Source: a virus
Strand: one strand, 5' to 3'
Length of the DNA: 64,000 bases
Virus record (IMG/VR): IMGVR_UViG_3300022690_002678
Shown here: piece after piece, positions 58,536 through 64,000 of the stretch
Layout: each line of letters opens with the position of its first letter
Numbering within the stretch: the stretch's first letter is position 1
Notes under the pieces: model-generated
Seen by the model: the letters and a program-made list of their open reading frames with translations, nothing else
Databases searched by the model: none
What the model was told of the DNA's origin: nothing
Translations under genes and position numbers: made by a program

Positions 58536-60878
58536 TTAATTAATCAAAGTCTGAATTTTACTATCACATATGGCAATCTCATCACTCAAAGATATGTGTG
58601 GCTGATCATCAAGCAAATACTCGCTAAAGAGTGGGGTGTTCTTGTCTGTTATGGTATATGGATAATTTTCTGCTAGCCATTGCTGTGCCGTATATTCATT
58701 TTCCAGCAAAGTGCATTGTGTAAATAACTCATCGAGATTGTAGGGTGAACTTCTCAGATCATCATAACTAACAATCACAACTATGTCATCAACTGGAATA
58801 CCATACAACTTTTCAATGGTTTGCTGAGCTAACTCCTGCTGTTGTAGGATGAGATTAGGAAATTCTGAATGCAGTCTATCATTGTATCCACTCCATTGTG
58901 AATATTCATCCGTAATCTTCTGTGGAACAGGTAACGTATCTACTAGGTGTGGGCCATATTGATTGTCGTGCTTCCACATGTTACCGTATTTGTCGTCCCA
59001 CATGTCAGTCTTGTAATCCACTAGAGTTAACAGCACAGTTCCAGATCTTTGTGGATAAAATGCTTCACTTGGTACAGCAACATTTTGTTTCAGTGGATCA
59101 TTTAATGACTCACCAACTACTAGCACGCCGTGATTGAGGAAATTTAGCTGCGAATTTCCAGCACTATCTCTTGCATTGATTGCAATAATGTTATACTTTG
59201 GTTGGTCTCTGTACACATACTCCAATGATACCTCCAGGCACTGAGTTTGACTATCGGGGCTGCAAAATACACGAGCAGTTGATACACTAATGACATCAAC
59301 GAGATTGTTTTTATCAATAACTACAATCTCCTCTACCAGAGCGTCATCAATGGATATCTCTGCTAGTGTTTGTGCATAATTTAATGGAGAACCAACCTCT
59401 GGCATTCCAAGTCCGAACTGTACCATCTTGATATTGTCGACTCCTTGATTTTCATATATTTTGACAGTAGCTGTGTTTGTCATATTGGTAGTTACAGTAA
59501 TTTCTGGAAAGTCTGTATGGTAATTTGTAACATTGACTGAATTGGCATTGTATGTAAAGCCCTCCCATACTATTAGACTGTTAAATGTGTTCTTGCCAAA
59601 GGTTGGCTTTGTACAGTCAGCACAGCCACCATTACCGCCAGAAGGGATACTATCTGTAATGTGGGCAGGCAGACTAATTATCTGGACACCATCACCACTA
59701 CGACTTGTAGTTATAGCATAAAGAAGATTATTAGAAGTAAAGGTTGCAACATCATAAGGACTATCCAACGCTGTAAACCCATTAACCTCGTCAATTGCTG
59801 TATTTCCTGCAATTATGTCAGTAGGATCACTTAGATTAATTATTTGGGCACCGTTTTCTTCAGCAGATGCAACTATCGCATAAGGAACATCATCAACAGT
59901 AAAGGTTGCAACATTAGAAGACCTATCTAACACTGTAAACCCATTAACCTCGTCAGTCTCTGCATCTGTTGCAATTATGTTTGTAGGGTCACTTAGATTA
60001 ATTATCTGGACACCGTCATCATCAATACTTGTAACTATTGCATAAACGATACTATTAACAGTAAAGGTGTTAACACCAGCAGCCCCATCCAACGCTGTAA
60101 ACCCATTAACCTCGTCAAACTCCGCATCTGTTGCAATTATGTCAGTAGGATCACTTAGATTAATTATCTGGACACCGTCATCATTCTCAGATACAACTAT
60201 CGCATAAGGAACATCATCAACAGTAAAGGTTGCAACATCATTAGCTGCATCCAACGCTGTAAACCCATTAACCTCGTCAAACTCCGCATCTGTTGCAATT
60301 ATGTCAGTAGGATCACTAAGATTAATTATCTGGACACCGTCATCATCATAACTTGTAACTATCGCATAAGGAACATCATCAACAGTAAAGGTTGCAACAT
60401 CATTAGCCCCATCCAACGCTGTAAACCCATTAGCCCCATGAGTCTCCGCATCTGTTGCAATTATGTTTGTAGGGTCACTAAGATTAATTATCTGGACACC
60501 GTCATCATTATAACTTGCAACTATCGCATAAGGAGTATTACTTACAGTAAAGATTGCAACATTAGTAGCCCCATTTAATTCTGAAAATCCATTAAACCCG
60601 TCAGTCTCTGCATCTGTTGCAATTATGTTTGTAGGGTCACTTAGATTAATTATCTGGACACCGTCATCATTATCAGATGCAACTATCGCATAAGGAACAT
60701 CATCAACAGTAAAGGTTGCAACACCATAAGCTCCATCCAACTCTGAAAATCCATTAAACCCGTCAGTCTCTGCATCTGTTGCAGTTAGAGCTATATCCGT
60801 GGCAAAAGCAACATCAAAACTTAAAGCTACTGAAAAAACTAGGATCAAAAAACTAAATCTAAGTAGGGTCTTATTCAT
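58536..60878 (-). CDS. Secreted LVIVD-like repeat beta-propeller protein
   Basis: Seven ~51-aa repeats (153-bp DNA repeats) VATFTVDDVPYAIV...GVQIINLSDP; C-terminal GGCADC..PT domain. Confidence 0.8.
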   Translation of the reverse strand: MNKTLLRFSFLILVFSVALSFDVAFATDIALTATDAETDGFNGFSELDGAYGVATFTVDDVPYAIVASDNDDGVQIINLSDPTNIIATDAETDGFNGFSELNGATNVAIFTVSNTPYAIVASYNDDGVQIINLSDPTNIIATDAETHGANGFTALDGANDVATFTVDDVPYAIVTSYDDDGVQIINLSDPTDIIATDAEFDEVNGFTALDAANDVATFTVDDVPYAIVVSENDDGVQIINLSDPTDIIATDAEFDEVNGFTALDGAAGVNTFTVNSIVYAIVTSIDDDGVQIINLSDPTNIIATDAETDEVNGFTVLDRSSNVATFTVDDVPYAIVASAEENGAQIINLSDPTDIIAGNTAIDEVNGFTALDSPYDVATFTSNNLLYAITTSRSGDGVQIISLPAHITDSIPSGGNGGCADCTKPTFGKNTFNSLIVWEGFTYNANSVNVTNYHTDFPEITVTTNMTNTATVKIYENQGVDNIKMVQFGLGMPEVGSPLNYAQTLAEISIDDALVEEIVVIDKNNLVDVISVSTARVFCSPDSQTQCLEVSLEYVYRDQPKYNIIAINARDSAGNSQLNFLNHGVLVVGESLNDPLKQNVAVPSEAFYPQRSGTVLLTLVDYKTDMWDDKYGNMWKHDNQYGPHLVDTLPVPQKITDEYSQWSGYNDRLHSEFPNLILQQQELAQQTIEKLYGIPVDDIVVIVSYDDLRSSPYNLDELFTQCTLLENEYTAQQWLAENYPYTITDKNTPLFSEYLLDDQPHISLSDEIAICDSKIQTLIN

Positions 60879-63292
60879 AATATCATACTTATCTAGTTCT
60901 ATTAAAGCATTTTCAAATTAAAATCTAATGGCTATAAAAGATTCTACAATCTTAATAATCCCACAAAGGAGTAAGCGCTCTAAAGTGACAGTTATTTCTG
61001 TCTCCTCCATTCATCGTTTGGTTTAGTAGAGGATCATTGCATGTATGATCAGGAAGTGGGGTAATCCTATCAAACCAATTGTCATTGATTCTCTTGTATT
61101 CAATGCCGTTTTGGTCAATCCAAATATCCTTTACTTTGTCAGTTCTTGTATAGTTCACCCAAAGGTCTGTGGTTTGTTGGTTTAGATGCTTCTCAAATAG
61201 GATGATAGTTGGAGAAATATTTACAGAGTCGCCCAATACTGCAATGCCGTGATTAAAGTAAAAGTTTTGAGAGTTGCCTGGTTTGTCAACTACATTTACT
61301 ACCATCATATTATTCAGGGTTGCTTCACGGTAAGAATACTGTAAAGTTATTTTGAGACAAGATGAGGTAGTGGCTCCACATGATATAATATTAGATGTAG
61401 CAGTAACAGAGGAGTTTTCTATCAAATTATCTTTGTCAGTAATAGTTAGCTCGTCAGTTTCCATATAGCCACTAGTGTAATTCTTGAATAAAGGAACTTC
61501 AATTATCACTTCAAAAGTAGATAATGGTTGTCCTAACTCTTGACCACCTAAGCCAAACTGAACACGTTTCATATTGTGAGTACCGCCATTCTCATATACA
61601 ATTATCTCTACGCTGTTAGTTTCCCCCACTGTTGCGTTGATTAGTGGAAACGGAGTATGCCATCTTACTACATTTACTGGATTGTTATTGTAAGAGAATC
61701 CATTCTCAACTACTCTATTGTAATTTGTGTCTAGTCCTATTGTTGGTGGAATACAATCAGCACATCCACCATTACTCTTCTTTTTGGTTTCAGTAGTCTC
61801 TTCAACATCATCCCCTGGAATATCATCAGCAGTTTCGTATATGGATAGAGTGATAGGGGTTCTAATAGTTCCGCCACCAGCGTCTTCAATCACACCCAAT
61901 GTGTAATCACCATCATTTGCCTCTATCATACAATAAAAGGTATAATCACCTATCTGTGAAAATACGTCATTACCAGAAAAAGATAGAGGGATGTCAAGAC
62001 TTGTATCTACCAAAACAGTCAGGCTTCCATCAGGCGATTCGTAAACGAAGTATAAATATGAAACGTAATCTCCAGAGTTTAGAGTGTAATCACAAGAATA
62101 TTCTACATTACTTCCCACAACGGCCGTCGTAGGATTGAATGTAACTGAGTATGTAGGCGTGATAACCGAGTCCGTACCATCATCATCAACACTATCAATC
62201 ATTGAAATACTAACGTGAATAGTAACAGGAATAGTAGGTTGATATGTCTCACTACCTTCATCAAAATAACAAGAGACTTGCCAGCTCCCAGGATCCGCAA
62301 AACTTGTGACTTCAATTATGCTTTTTGCCGTACCTGGAGAATCATTAATTATAGGATCTTTAACAATACTGCTATCATCAAGATTGGTAAAAGTAAACGC
62401 AAAATAATCGGCACGATAGCCCTCTGGGACATTTTCTAATGAACATTCAAGTAAAACATTACCATTCACATCCACATCAGTTTCAGTGGTAGTAATAGTA
62501 ACTACTATAGGATTCACAACAGGGGTTTCTACGATTATAGTTTCAGGGGCACTATACACTGGAGTGTCACCATCATTATACATATAACAAGAGACTTCCC
62601 AATTTCCAGCAGTAGCAAACTCATTAGTATCAAAAGCAGAATAACCACCAGTCACACCGTTAGCATAAACATCCTTTACAGATGAACTTTCAAGGCTTCC
62701 TGTTTCTGAGTGGTACTCAAATTCCGCATAGGTGAAACTATCATCTTCAGTATTACAAGCAAAATCATATATCTGGTTAGTTTCATAATATGTTTCATCT
62801 GCCTCTATGATTACAGGTGTATCAGAAATTGTTACAGTTTTTTCTATCTGACTATATTCAATTCGAGTGTCGCCTTCCCCAATATCCTTATTCACAACTA
62901 CTGCACAACCCACCGTGTATGTTGATGCGATTTCAAAAGTTAGTTCTGTAGAATAGATACTATCAGGCCCATAATAAAGAACCAAATCAGAAAAGGTTGA
63001 AGCCCTATCCGATAAGTCATCTTCCCAATAGATGTATGAATACTTCAACGTTTCATCATCAGGTAAAGTAAAATCACAAGTATAGAGAATGGATTGATAA
63101 GTGTATGTTGGTGTGCCATCATCAACCAAATTTACAGTAGCATCGGCGGCATAAACAGGAATTAAAAGCGGTAAACAAGTTGCCATTAAAACAACAAAAT
63201 ATATTTTATTCATTTCTTCACTCTATAGGAATTATTTGTTAGTGTCTTATTCATAATATCATACTTATCTAGTTATATTAAAGCATTTTCAA
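60868..63292. repeat. 49-bp direct repeat (60868-60916, 63244-63292; 1 mismatch)
   Basis: GTCTTATTCATAATATCATACTTATCTAGTT(C/A)TATTAAAGCATTTTCAA; promoter plus first codons of minus-strand genes. Confidence 0.85.
60952..63213 (-). CDS. Secreted Ig-like repeat protein, paralog C-terminus of 58536-60878
   Basis: Signal peptide; GGCADCIPPTIG...YENGG...QFGLG shared domain. Confidence 0.75.
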   Translation of the reverse strand: MNKIYFVVLMATCLPLLIPVYAADATVNLVDDGTPTYTYQSILYTCDFTLPDDETLKYSYIYWEDDLSDRASTFSDLVLYYGPDSIYSTELTFEIASTYTVGCAVVVNKDIGEGDTRIEYSQIEKTVTISDTPVIIEADETYYETNQIYDFACNTEDDSFTYAEFEYHSETGSLESSSVKDVYANGVTGGYSAFDTNEFATAGNWEVSCYMYNDGDTPVYSAPETIIVETPVVNPIVVTITTTETDVDVNGNVLLECSLENVPEGYRADYFAFTFTNLDDSSIVKDPIINDSPGTAKSIIEVTSFADPGSWQVSCYFDEGSETYQPTIPVTIHVSISMIDSVDDDGTDSVITPTYSVTFNPTTAVVGSNVEYSCDYTLNSGDYVSYLYFVYESPDGSLTVLVDTSLDIPLSFSGNDVFSQIGDYTFYCMIEANDGDYTLGVIEDAGGGTIRTPITLSIYETADDIPGDDVEETTETKKKSNGGCADCIPPTIGLDTNYNRVVENGFSYNNNPVNVVRWHTPFPLINATVGETNSVEIIVYENGGTHNMKRVQFGLGGQELGQPLSTFEVIIEVPLFKNYTSGYMETDELTITDKDNLIENSSVTATSNIISCGATTSSCLKITLQYSYREATLNNMMVVNVVDKPGNSQNFYFNHGIAVLGDSVNISPTIILFEKHLNQQTTDLWVNYTRTDKVKDIWIDQNGIEYKRINDNWFDRITPLPDHTCNDPLLNQTMNGGDRNNCHFRALTPLWDY

Positions 63293-63357
63293 CTTGACAA
63301 ATTGAACTATTTAACAAATATTCAAGAAATATAAAGATAGTATATCTAAATTGATCA

Positions 63358-63924
63358 ATGTTGGAGGATAATGAAGAGTCACTTCCAGAGTCAAAAATCA
63401 AGATAATTCGCCTTACTGATGAATATCTGAAAATATTTGGTGAATTACTAACTAATGAGACAAGTCGCAACATCATAATGGCTCTAGTTGAAAAACAGAT
63501 GTATGTCAATCAGATAGCCGACAAACTTGACATGCGAGTTAGTTTGGTGATTCATCATTTGCAAAAACTAGAGAAATTAGGATTATTAGATATTGTAGAG
63601 AAACCAATCTCAAGGAGAACTAAAGATCACAGATTTTTCAAGATACGAACCGATGTTTTCTTGTTGTTTACAAATAAGGACGTACAGAGAATTTTCAAGG
63701 AAGGAGTAAAGTTTGCAAGTGTTGCCCTTGCAGGAGTTGCGACATGGTTTACAACTTTGTCAATGCAGCTAAAGATAAACGCACCTTTACCAACTTGGTT
63801 TTATGATAATTTACTTTTACCATCTGTTTTTACAGGTATTGTAGTTTCTGCAATGTCAATTCTTTTCTTTAAAAAAAGAAAGGGGAAGATGAGTAATCAA
63901 TCATCTACTGACCAATCATCATAG
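63358..63924 (+). CDS. ArsR-like winged-HTH regulator with C-terminal TM helices
   Basis: LLTNETSRNIIMAL...IADKL...VIHHLQKLEKLGLL. Confidence 0.8.
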   Translation: MLEDNEESLPESKIKIIRLTDEYLKIFGELLTNETSRNIIMALVEKQMYVNQIADKLDMRVSLVIHHLQKLEKLGLLDIVEKPISRRTKDHRFFKIRTDVFLLFTNKDVQRIFKEGVKFASVALAGVATWFTTLSMQLKINAPLPTWFYDNLLLPSVFTGIVVSAMSILFFKKRKGKMSNQSSTDQSS

Positions 63925-64000
63925 TTGGAACTAAATGTTGCACTTGTGATCCCACAGACATCTCCAGTATCTAGTTCACTGGCATACGTACTAGTAGCAT

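Noticed and set aside
57313-58600. Defined attachment site at the integrase end
   Set aside because: No tRNA or duplicated core found there; the other provirus end is outside the window.

Overview
AT-rich window that looks like most of a tailed archaeal virus or provirus (HK97-type head, non-contractile-looking tail) of a Nitrososphaerota (Thaumarchaeota, Nitrosopumilaceae-like) host. About 0.6-37 kb is morphogenesis: portal, MuF/protease fusion, scaffold, decoration protein, major capsid, neck/tail and large tail-fibre-like genes, many behind a shared ATACCYTTAW promoter motif. About 37-58.5 kb is accessory and ends in a tyrosine recombinase; host-like surface-protein genes follow. The terminase is not in the window. 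The main finding is a TIGR-Tas-type RNA-guided locus at 39.3-42.8 kb: a DGQHR/ParB-like gene, a nuclease-less Nop-domain TasA-like gene, a small ORF, and a 33-unit array of ~36-nt dual-repeat/dual-9-nt-spacer units. An antisense intron-containing tRNA-Met splits the array, and one guide predicts a 16/18 match to the virus's own promoter motif. Also notable: (i) an integron-like run of accessory genes separated by a conserved 41-bp imperfect palindrome upstream of the recombinase; (ii) three Ser/Leu-body tRNAs with non-cognate anticodons (GAT, GAA, ACC) plus one structurally aberrant tRNA-like RNA; (iii) a two-domain multicopper oxidase under the viral promoter. All calls were made by eye; no database search or folding program was run.
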